A DNA stretch of 64,000 nt from Massalongia carnosa (Eukaryota): assembly GCA_965645245.1 (NCBI GenBank), contig OZ287067.1, forward strand, positions 744,001 to 808,000, written 5' to 3'. Position 1 is the first letter of the stretch, and every line of letters starts with the position of its first letter. The notes beneath the pieces were generated by a model. The model made no database searches. It was not told the origin of the DNA and was given only the letters and a program-made list of their open reading frames with translations. This document shows, in pieces, positions 38,526 to 49,537 of this stretch. The position numbers and the translations under genes are program-made.

Positions 38526-40745
38526 ATGGCAACAGACCGCTCATTGGCAAGTCTACTCCGTGCCTTACAGGATGCTTCCAATTGGCAACAAGACATTTCT
38601 AGGTATTTAAGTATATTTGATACTGATTTCACTATTATCTTGTTACTAAATTCTTCAGACTACTGGGCTCAGCAGCGACTCTGCTTACTCTTCTATCTAA
38701 CCCATTAAATGTCACACTTCTAACAGTACAGTTGTTATCTGCTCCTGCAATCTGGAGCCGCCCTGATGGCCTCCGAACCGCTGTTCAGGTACTCGGCATT
38801 TTCAATTCTGCTAGCATCCAAATGCTTAAGAACCAGGAGCGTTCTTCGTCAGCTTTGAATGGCTTTGAAATCAAAAATAAATTAGCTGCCGAGGATTGGA
38901 CAGTTGCGGTAATTAGAGGTGCCAATGATAGGTCTCCACGATGGAGGCATCTGCTCGCACTTGGGGGCCTTCTACTTGGCTTGGAACGACAACAACGGAA
39001 AGGATTTTCTACATCGCTCCGGGCGAAGCTAGAAAGCGCCATGGTGAAGGCTCTAAATTTGGCTTTGCAAGAAACGGAAGAGGGCCCTGAATTGAGTGAG
39101 AACACGATCGTAATGACATTAAGCCATGTCTTTGACCTTCTGAGCGATCATGAGAAGAATAATATTAATCATGATGTGATTCTTTCCCGGTTATATAGCG
39201 TACCGTTCTTTTCCGGCGATGGGCTCCACTTTGGTTATTTTTTAAGCACGATGGATGCCGATATTGTGGAAGGGCCTAGTAAGAAGTTTGACTGGTCAAC
39301 CAAATCCTCGACTTATTTCCAAATACAGCGTATGGCCTCTGGTCCATTGGTGGCCGCATTAGGATCCTTGTCTCGTGTTATATCATACTCTATCGATCAT
39401 GTACAGAATTTAGATACTTTGGCGACAATGATTGGTGATATGTCTGCCTTTACAAGGTCTTTATGCATACAATGGCGGCAAAATAAGCTTTCAGAAATTG
39501 ACTCGAGAGAAGAAAGCACATATCTTAGCGACGACACCATACGCACATCATTGCCTCTCCTATGGCGAATCCTGAAGTCGACTATGTTTAGTGTTGTTAT
39601 GATCTTGAAGTCGCTTCTAGGCCGGGTCCTTGGAGATGCGAGTATTTCTGCTGATAGCGGTGGGTACTCATTAAATTTCTTCTAGGAAACACTAGCTGAT
39701 GGGTCCAGCCTTTCACATGGCCATTCAGACACTTCACATACTTAGAAACCTATCCTTCATATTCTCACGCATGGGCATGAGTGGTTTTTCACAATATGCA
39801 TTTGTCTCGCTGACTGCCATTGATATCCTATCACAGCATCCCGTTCAGGCCGAAGTATTCCTTCAGGAGATAAGACCGGCAGGAAACGGGCTCATTCCAG
39901 AACATCCGCTTGATCGATGTCATGATCTTTTCTTTCTCAACACTGCCGAACATTTCACACTGATATTAACGCCTCAGGCCAACGAGGATCTCTTGATAAC
40001 CGCTGCGACTCGTTATCTCGGTGTTGGCAGTGACCGAAGGCTACGAGAGATCTTTGAGGCAGCACACAGCGTCATGCTTGCAGTCTTCTCAGCTCCTCAA
40101 AGTTCGGAGCTTGTCGCAAAATATATTCATCCATATGTCGATGCTCTGTTCACTGTGAGTTTTGGTGTTACTAAGATTATCGAGCATCTCAAAGGGTTCT
40201 AAGAAATTGCGCTGCAGGTATTTCCACAAAATCTTTCTTCCCGACAATTTCGAATAGCTGTGAAGACACTTGTTCGTATCGCATCACCACCATCCATCAT
40301 CTCTGCGACTCAACCGATGCTCTCCTCAGTGCTCCTTGAATTAGTACGTGTACGCGCAGCGGATGCATCCTCATCATCCTTACAGGATATTATTATTTCG
40401 CCAGAACTTGAAGGAAGTACAAGTGACGAAAGCCGTCTATCGGAGCAATCTGTACTAGCTTTGACCCTTGTAGATGCACTTCCGTTTCTTTCATTAGACT
40501 GTTTGGAGGAATGGCTGCCGATAACTGCCGAAACGCTTAATATTATACAGAATGCGACTATGAAGGACACATGCAAGCAGAGATTTTGGGATATATTGAG
40601 CAACGGAGAAATGGATGTTGATCGTGCTGCACTCTGTGCCACATGGTGGAATACAAGAGGCGGTAGAAACATAGTTCTGAATGGCGCTGAAAAGCATGAT
40701 GACGTATATATGAGCGGTGGTCTTGGAGAGCCAAGTAAGCTTTGA
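38526..40745 (+). CDS. PEX8: Peroxin 8, 4 exons
   Basis: MATDRSLASLLRAL, LLSNPLNVTLLTVQLLSAPAIW, QWRQNKLSEID and GEMDVDRAALCATWWNTRGG. C-terminal PTS1 tripeptide SKL. Confidence 0.92.
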
Positions 40746-41296
40746 TTCGGTTTGCATATCACCGTCAAGTATTCTTCCCTTGGGGCAAAGCTTGGCTAAT
40801 ACGCCTCTCTTCGTACTTTTCTACGGGGGTTTTCCTCAATCTCAGGTTTTCTTCACCATATGAAGTCAAGAAGATGGCATTGTCGCCTAGCCCCGTGAGC
40901 TTAAAACGCAAACTTTACGATGCGGTTGGTGACGTTGGCGCTTCAAATGTCAGAGTAAAAAAACAGTTTAGCCTAAATAGAGGAGCCAACGCCTCTGTTT
41001 GTCGGCTTAGGCTGGGAAGAAGGCTAACACTGCAAGAAACTATCCTCAATGTCGGCAACGAGTTATGACTAGGTACTAGAGCTGCAGATACTACATCATC
41101 CATCAGCAACGCATAATGAACAAGATGACTTCTTGAAGATCCTCGAATATAAATCCCGACATCATCAGCGCAGTATGAAACACCAACCCCAGAATCCTAA
41201 AGCCTGCCAAACTCATCTTGGAGTCATCAAAGTCAACCGTTGTTGAACCAGACCATAACTTTCCCTAAGCCCTACCATCAGCAACGGATAAATCAA

Positions 41297-41518
41297 ATGT
41301 GTATCGACAAACAATATACTTACGGCTGCAGCTGCGTCGAAACTGACAATTTCATCTGCCTTCAGAACCTTAACGCCTTCGTCTCACTAAACTGCCGCAC
41401 TACCGGGGTATGGAGAAAGTGGCGGTCAAAGGAGCTTACCAGGAGCATACCATGCATCCAGGACCGGCCCCGGTGGCCGAAGAGCTTAAAGTCGAGACAC
41501 AGAACAGAGAGGGGATGA
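41297..41518 (+). CDS. Small Cys-rich hypothetical protein (73 aa)
   Basis: ATG in an AAT-CAA-ATG context, MC-x6-YGC N-terminal pattern, six Cys, and an upstream TATAAA at ~41148. Confidence 0.4.
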   Translation: MCIDKQYTYGCSCVETDNFICLQNLNAFVSLNCRTTGVWRKWRSKELTRSIPCIQDRPRWPKSLKSRHRTERG

Positions 41519-41787
41519 GGAAACATCTGCGCAGCTCCTGCTACCCTCTGATGTGAATGAAGCCGGAAAGGGTTTTCCATGCTATAGCAACGCTTTTGGT
41601 AAGGAGGGCGTTTTGGGTTGAGCTTGCGATGGTTCCTTATCGATTGAAGTTCAACTTTGGACGGATTGTAAGGGTTTAAACCGTGGGGCTTTTTTCTGCT
41701 GCCTGGGGTGTTTTCTCCAAATAATACCAAGCCTAACCAAATCATCATGCTACAACTCAAGTCCATGCAAGTTTTACAACCCCTTGC

Positions 41788-42714
41788 TCAAGAAATGAAC
41801 GGTATCCCAACCCATGTCCTCTTGCGATATTGCACGTAATCCGCTCCAAAAAACTCAATCAACAGTTCTTCCTCCTCTATTTGACGAAGTCGGTCAGCAC
41901 GAGTATTCGACTAGGCTCTCTTACCTATCAGGCGTAAGAATGACTCACTCTCGATCCTCCCACTAAAGAATCTCCAAAGCACCACCGCATAACCAACAAG
42001 GCAGATCCAATTCCCCAGCACCACCTGCGTCCCAAGCCCCCACCACCAAAACCCAAAATAGCTCGGATGCCGTAGCCCCGCATAGATGCCATGTGTGACG
42101 AGCACATGCCCCTCTTTCCGCTTTACCTGCACCAAATGGTTGAAATTACTCCCCGCCTGCACCATCGCCATCGTCCTCGTCACCTGCCCCAATATGATCA
42201 TCACGAAGCCCAGGCCCAGCCACAGCGCGCAGGGAGAGTCGAGCCTAAAGGAAGCGGGGGGGGAGAACAGGAGCCGAAGCATGCATTCGGAAAACGCAAG
42301 TATGTGCGCCATGTTGTACGCGCGCCCGTTCTGGGAGAGGAGGAAGGCTGACACGGTGGCGGCGGACGGGTTGCAGGCGGCGGTGGTGTAGAACTCGAGA
42401 AAGTGAAAGAGCGAGAGCGCGAGCAGGAAGAAAGGCAGCCGCCAGAAGGGGGAGCTATGGGATGCGGCGAAAACAGTGGTGCAGAGGGAGATGCCGAAAG
42501 TTCCGCCGAGAAGAAATGCGCGCAAGGAGATGGCGGAGGGGGATTTCGGGTCTGAATAGGGGGCATGTGATGATGCTTGGGATAGTGGGGGTGGGGGTTG
42601 AGAGGAGGTGGTAGCATACCCGTTTGCGGAGCTGTCCTCGCGGGGGATTTCCGGGGTCCAGGTTTTGCTAGGGCTGAGGGGGGCGGGCTCAGTGGATGTC
42701 GAGCTAAAAGCCAT
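41788..42714 (-). CDS. STE14: Isoprenylcysteine carboxyl methyltransferase, 2 exons
   Basis: FHFLEF, AGSNFNH, HVLVTHGIYAGLRHPSYFGFWWW and RIE|EEELLIEFFGADYVQYRKRTWVGIPFI. Confidence 0.94.
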
Positions 42715-43200
42715 GTTGGTGGTGATGGGAGTAGCGTGAAAACAGTGTAACTTAGTCATTTTTCGAATTGCGTAAGAAAAGGGACTTCTTGTTCGGTGGG
42801 AAGAAATGGAGACGGGCCGGATGCGGGATGACGATTGCTTGTGGCTTGATACTTTACACTCGTTTCTGTCCTAACATAGTTAGAATAGCTGACGTTTATG
42901 AAAGCCCACACGCCCAGCAGCGGGAGCTTATTAGCTTACTTTTGGAGGTTTGAGTTTGTGGCTTGTGAATTTTATGATGTCATGTTGAAGATTTTTTGTT
43001 TACTTCCGTACGAGTACTCTGTACTACCTGACTGGATGAGCGTCTCACAGAATAATCGAGTTCATAACTCGATTGTCAGAACCCGATTATCATCAATAGG
43101 TGACTCATTACAAACCGAGATTTCCTATCCCTCCAATCAATCACTGCCATTAAACCCTGTAGCAATCCATAGTTATCTTATATTTCCGTTGTTTTAGATC

Positions 43201-44054
43201 ATGTCCTACGCAGACGAAAAGAAAAAGATGCTTAATGGAGAACTTTATCATGCGTTCAATCCTGGACTTGTGAGTGATCGCCGCCGCTGCTATCTGGCGT
43301 GTAGCCGCTTCAACAGCGCCGGAGAAGTCCCAAGACGACGTCTGGTCGAGTTGTGGAGAGAGTAAGAAGCTTGAAGCTATCAATCCGCCTAACAATACGA
43401 GCCAAAGCTGAGCGCGCTTCTGAATAGTATTAACGGAGACACCACACCGTTGCCGCCTATAGCGCCCGACCAAGAACAAGATGATGCCCTTTTCGAAAAC
43501 GACCCCTGGATTGAAGCACCTCTGCGCATTGACTACGGCACAAACATCGAGATTGGATCAAATGTGTACATCAACTTCAATTGCACAATCCTCGATACAT
43601 GCCTTGTCACCATCGGCACTCGTACGCTAATAGGACCCAATGTATGCTTTTTTAGCGCGTCGCATCATTTGGATCCCGAGGTCCGAAATGGCACCGCGGG
43701 TCCAGAGTATGGAAAGGAAATTCATGTGGGAGAAGACTGCTGGATAGGCGGCAACGTCATCTTGCTTCCTGGTGTGCGAGTGGGTAAAGGCGCGGCTATT
43801 GGCGCGGGTAGTGTGGTAACAAAGGTATGTGAAGCACAGTGGAAGTAGGTTTGGTTTTTTGGCCTATGAATGACATGGATTACCTTCAGAATGTTCCGCC
43901 ATACCATATAGCTGCCGGGAATCCTGCCAGAATTATCCGTAGAATCCAGACGACGATGGACCCCGAGCAAAGAACCGGGCATACCAACCAAGACGTTGCA
44001 GGAGCTGAAGTCCCGATCTCCGAACTCGCGGAAAGATTGGAAAGTAGGAAATAG
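43201..44054 (+). CDS. Maltose/galactoside O-acetyltransferase (left-handed beta-helix), 3 exons
   Basis: N-terminal KMLNGELYHAF (Mac domain), DYGTNIEIG, NFNCTILD, DCWIGGNVILLPGV and GAGSVVTK|NVPPYHIAAGNPARII. Confidence 0.92.
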
Positions 44055-44280
44055 TGTCAGATATATAAGGTTATTTTTCTTTACTTCTTTTCTTATTACA
44101 ATTAGTTGATTCTTTTATCATGATCCGTTGGATTTCTTAATGACAAATGACTTATATAAGTGAACGACTTCGTAAGTCTTTAACATTAGTGATACCTGCC
44201 AGACTTTTCACATAATTTTTCTCCTATTTAATTAATCAACGCAAATATTAAGCAATCTACCAAAAATTCCACTAATCCTA

Positions 44281-45131
44281 ATGAGAGAAGACGTTTCAAT
44301 TGGGGCCGCGACCGAGAATGCACTAGGAGGAATAAGAACGCTTATTTGCTGAGTGCCAGCATCGAGTTCGTGCTGACAGCGAAACACCTTATGAATGTTC
44401 TCAGGAGGATCTCAACGGCTACGTCAACTTTCATCGTCCAAACCAAAAGGCCCGTCCCCGATTGCCGCCACTAATAGCCTTACCACTTGGCTCGATATCC
44501 ACAAACCCCCCGACGCTGCAGCAAAAGCCGCTCTCCAACGCCTAGTGAAAGCCCGGAGCCTGAATTGGTGTGGCCCTGATCTCGTGATCAAAACATTCAA
44601 GGATCTCGACCGGACATTTTTCATGGGCACCTTAAGTGGGAACGTCCGTGTGTGCGCCGGAAGGATTTAGACGTGGGCCGCTTGGGAATCTCTTTGGCCG
44701 AGAGCGTGCGCCGTTGGGCTATACGGAAAAGCAAGGGTGCGCCCAAGCCCAAATAGTGCTGAATACGTCTGCACATTTCCTCCCATGCCCGGACCCGCTG
44801 AAAGAGATGCGGCGGACCTTGCTACACGAGATGTCTGTACGTGATTTTATTTCCCCCCCCCTTTTCCCCAGCTTCATCTTCGCCCGATCCAATCAATATG
44901 TATGCGTTCATGGTCGCAATACTAATGAAAAAAACAAACAAATATTATGCGTATCTTTTCGTGCTCAGCTGCGAACACGACAACGAGCCGTGGGAGTCAG
45001 TCCTGCCAACCTGGCAGGGGGGCCATGGGGTCTGCTTTCGCCGCTGGCTTCACTCGGTAGGCCAGCGAGCACACGAGTATTTACGCCTGAGTGCCATCTC
45101 CAGCGGGGAAGATTACTTGGAGCATTCTTGA
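44281..45131 (+). pseudogene. SprT-like zinc metalloprotease pseudogene
   Basis: FKDLDRTFFMGTL, TLLHEMS|(H>Y)AYL and GGHGVCF. Frameshift near 44655, upstream in-frame stops, and no intron acceptor AG at ~44945. Confidence 0.65.
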
Positions 45132-46850
45132 GGGGCACATGGATTCGATGAAAAGGGGCTTGCCGCAAGAGCAGAGGGAAGTAAACTTGTGGGGGTTTGA
45201 TGAGGCTTTTTTTTTGCTTGAATCTTTCCCGTCTGTTTGGGTCAGGTCTTTAATTGCAGTTACATAAAATATGACCTTACATTCGATTCTGTCAGCCGTG
45301 CGTGACCAACTCCCGATACCCAACTTTCAGCTTCTCCTAACTATCATGCATATCATACCACCCAGCCACATAACCAATCACCCAACCACCCCAAGATCCG
45401 GAAGCGCCATATCCAACCCCATCCCCTTAGCCTAGATAGACCAGCACGTATCGCGGACGCGCCTACCCTGCACCTTAAGAAGCTCCAAAACAGGATCTAC
45501 GCTTTCGGTCGAAAAACGGGGATCCAAGAGACTTGATTCTGCGGCCGGTCCAGTGGGCAAAGCATCCATTTACCCCTATTACCAAGGATATTCTGTAGGT
45601 AACGGCAAAGTGACCTAGCTAGAGTCATTTGTGAGTTTAGCTGCGGTATAATCATCAGTTATCCATAGGAAGAAACAATCAGCCGCTACTTTGGGAAATT
45701 TCGTTTGTTTGAACTAATTGTCTTTGGGGTGCATGAGATTTAGAAAGGTCTCTCTTTAGTCCGCATTTTCTTGTTTAACGATGGTCTATGTCGCTACCTT
45801 GTCTTACTTAACCTTGGCGACCTTAAGAGAATTGAGGAAGGACAGGAATATCCTCTTGTTCCGAGACCTGTTACCTAGGCTGCATCTGCATGCAGCGCCG
45901 TACCAAACCAGATTCATAGGTATTTTACTAACAAAACATAAGTCTCCAACTTCAAGCGGAGTGTGCTACTCCTACATATTGCATTAGTGGCGGAAAGGCC
46001 GGCTATAACGTCTTCCTACCCTTAGCTATTTGAGGACTAGATACACAATGACTCTTGGCTGTATGAAACGGAAGAGAACAGCGGAGTTCAGCCGGTATAT
46101 ATGACAAAGCGAGCAAGTCTGAGAAGTTTTGTCGGCTCACAAGACATGCAACTGATCCTACGCAAAGCTTAGAGACATGGGATATCTCTCAGCGCCGGTC
46201 AGCACGAGGTAAAAAAAAAAAATCTGCGATTACGATGCAACGGATATGACGCACAAGGTGGAAGAGATGAAATCGCAAATTCTTGAGAATCTATCGAGGT
46301 ATGGTTCATGTTACTGCTCTACCCGATGAATCCAAGGCTTTTACCGTGGAATATAAGACCTCCTGATTTCACAGCAAAAAGAGAGGAACACTAGCTTCTC
46401 GATTCGCCCGAGTGAAAGCGGAAAAGTGGCAAAGAAGAATACGCTAAAAAAAAGCAAATATTGGTACATATCAGACGACACGCAGGCCGTATCTTATGGT
46501 CTTTCTATTGAGAGGCGTGATTGGGCCTCAGCTCCCTCACTACTAGGGTAGTCCCTAGAACGTACCTTCCTCCAGAGATATTCCGAGTCTGCCGACCGTT
46601 AAAGCGAAAGTGATTGACCGTGTTGCAGCTGTCTAAGGAAAATGTGGAAAACATAATATGATCCCAGAAGGGAAAGTGAAACTGGAATACGTAGAGAATA
46701 TTACTGAAACTGACGACGCCCAACGTTGACAAAAGCAGCGTCTGCAACTCTCTCACTTACCTATCCAATACCTGAGTAAATATCATTTTCCTGCTCCTCA
46801 CCTGTGAATATCATCATAACGAACCTTCCTCCTTACCTAGACCTTACAAG

Positions 46851-48084
46851 ATGATGGCGCACCTCGAAACATTACACGAATGCGCCGGAGATGACCGTGA
46901 AGACTTCGAAATTCGAAGTTCCATTGCCAATTTTAGAGGCTCTTTCGTCATAAACCATCTCGCCGATTCACCAACTGCTCCCATTCCTGGAGAACGTAAG
47001 GCTAAAATAATGGGCTGGATTGTTCCCTTTGGGGAAAACTGGAATAGCGTGGGGATTTGGAAGAGTGCCGTAACTACCTCACTTCTCCTCAGGCGATAAT
47101 GCACTAAACAACTAGTTTATCGAGATGGTAGCGACGGGTCTTTTATGCTATCTTTCTGGCTTGATCGATATCTCTATAGCAAACTTTGGCACTTCTCAAG
47201 CAGCTGCATATGTCGGCATTTCGAATGTCTTCCTCTTGACATTGTTCATCATGGCTGCTGGGCCCGGATCCGGAGGCCATGTTAATCCAACGATAACATT
47301 TGCAACGATGGTGACCGGCCACACCGGCTTTTCAAGAGGTAGATTGAAGCATACACAAGGAAAGCAAGGATGTATTGAAAAGCTCATCGAACCACTAGGA
47401 ATACTATATCTCATCGGTCAAACTATCGGTGCTGCGGTCGCGGGCGGAATTCTACGCGGAGTCTTCGGGCATGAGCGATCAATTGAGTAACGCACACCCA
47501 TGAGCTTGATTGGTGACTTTCCTGATTGCGATAGATTTCATGGGGGTGGCTGCTTCCGTAATCCAGGATCTGTCACCTCAGGGCAAGCTTTGTTGGTAGA
47601 AATTACATCCTCTTTCGCGCTGATGTAAGGTGCTCTGTCACCAAGCGATATCTTAATACGGGTGAGCTCTGATATCTATAGATTCTTGGCGTTTGGGGTT
47701 GGCCTAGATCCCCGGCAGCAAAAATTGTTTGGCATGTTTATTGGGCCGCTGGCAGTTGGATGCTCTGTGGGATTAACCAGCTTTGCAAGTGCTGGATTGA
47801 TTCCAGGCTACACAGGAGCTTCAATACATCCTGCAAGGTGTTTTGCTTTTGCCGTCAGCAGGAGAAACTTCACAGGTATGCCAATATTAGTGTCAGAGTC
47901 CGCCGTTGGAAACTTTTGCTCGATCTAACTACATGCCTCTCCTTTGAGCATAGATCAATGGATCTGGTGGCTAGGACCAGTTGGCGGAGCATTACTCTAC
48001 AACGTTGTATTTCGAATTGCTCCACCATACCACAGCGCGCCAGTGCCAGAAGACGAGAAACATGATATCAGGCGCTTAGCATGA
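46851..48084 (+). CDS. Major intrinsic protein (aquaporin), XIP-like, 6 exons
   Basis: SGGHVNPTITF, loop-C GGGC and GASIHPARCF, then WIWWLGP. Five GT-AG introns give one continuous frame. Confidence 0.9.
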
Positions 48085-48742
48085 AGCTTGGAGATTGAAC
48101 AGTTCTAATTAACAGTTCTGGGTGATCAGTCTTCCAACGGCATTCCTAGCTTCTTGATGCTCTTCCTGCTTGTCGTTTTGAGCCATAGGCACGATGTAAT
48201 GCTCAGACGTTGACCGTTAGGTTCCCCCCTAAATAGAAAGGGTAGAATGGATGTTAGACAGAAGGATACTCGAGAGGACATGCACTTGAGGCGTTCAAGT
48301 ACGCGCTAGTCCGAATGAACGATATCCGTGCATTGTGCCGAAAGCAGTTAGATTCCAGAAGAACTAGGGTCGTGGGAAGGTGTGGGGGATGGATTGGTGG
48401 AATCTCCCCCACTACACATATGCACCTTTCGAGTTTTTCTTCACTGTGCATCTTCTTCTTCTTCTTCACTCAGTTGACTCCCAACTTATATGTAAGTCCC
48501 CCGTCTGCAACTGAGCTACCTCTTGTTCAAATTAAGTTCTGATTCTGCACGCAAAGAGTCGGAAATCTCCCGGTTATCCTCCACTCAGGAAAAGAAAGTA
48601 AGCTTTTACCAGGACAACAGAAGTTCCAGTCGTTGACACGGAACAGCTTGCGGCATTTTCTTTCCTACTTCCAGCTTCAATCAGTGGGCCCTACACGCAT
48701 TTCCTATACACCTTTGGCAAGTACCAGTAGAGGCTTGTCAAG

Positions 48743-49537
48743 ATGCCTAAAGTATGGTTTTCACTCACCCCCAATCAGCCAAACCCCTCACTCTAATACA
48801 AAGCCATCCAGATTACCTACCTACTCTTTGATTGCGATAATACCCTTGTTCTCTCCGAGGAACTCGCTTTCGAAGCCTGCGCCGAGCTAGCTAACCAGAT
48901 CCTCGAACGCCACTCGATCTCCAAGCGCTACACAGGCCCGGAGCTCATGAATGAATTCGTCGGCCAAAACTTCCGTGGCGTCGTCGTGTCTCTACAGAAG
49001 AAATTTGGCTTTCCGCTCACGCCCGACGAGCTGGACGGTTATGTAGGCCAGGAGCTCGACCGCGTCATCGCCACCCTGATGAAGAAAGCCGAACCCTGCG
49101 CGGGGGCCAACGCGCAGCTGGAAAAGCTTCACAAGGACGGCAAATACGGCCTCGCGGTCGTCAGCTCCAGCGCGCTGTCCCGCGTGCAAGCCTCCATCAA
49201 GAAGGTTGGGCAGGATAAGTATTTCCCTCCAGAGCACGTTTTCAGCGCTGCGTCCAGCTTGCCTGTGCCGACCACGAAGCCTGACCCGGCCATTTATCTG
49301 CATGCGTGCAAGGTGCTCGGCAAGAAGCCGGGCGAGTGTGTGGCGGTTGAGGACAGCCGGAGCGGAACCCTCAGCGCGGTGCGCGCCGGCATTCCCGTCA
49401 TCGGGTACGTGGGCAGCTACGATGGCGCGGCCAAACAGAAGGAGATGGCGGACATGTTGAAGGATGCGGGGGTACAAGTCATTATGAACCACTGGGACGA
49501 GTTCCCGGAGCGCTTGGCCGAGATTGAAAAATCTTAA
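48743..49537 (+). CDS. HAD-superfamily hydrolase (CbbY/beta-PGM-like), 2 exons
   Basis: MPK|ITYLLFDCDNTLVLSE (motif I, DxD), VSSS, KPDPAIY and AVEDSRSG. Intron 48752-48811. Confidence 0.9.
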
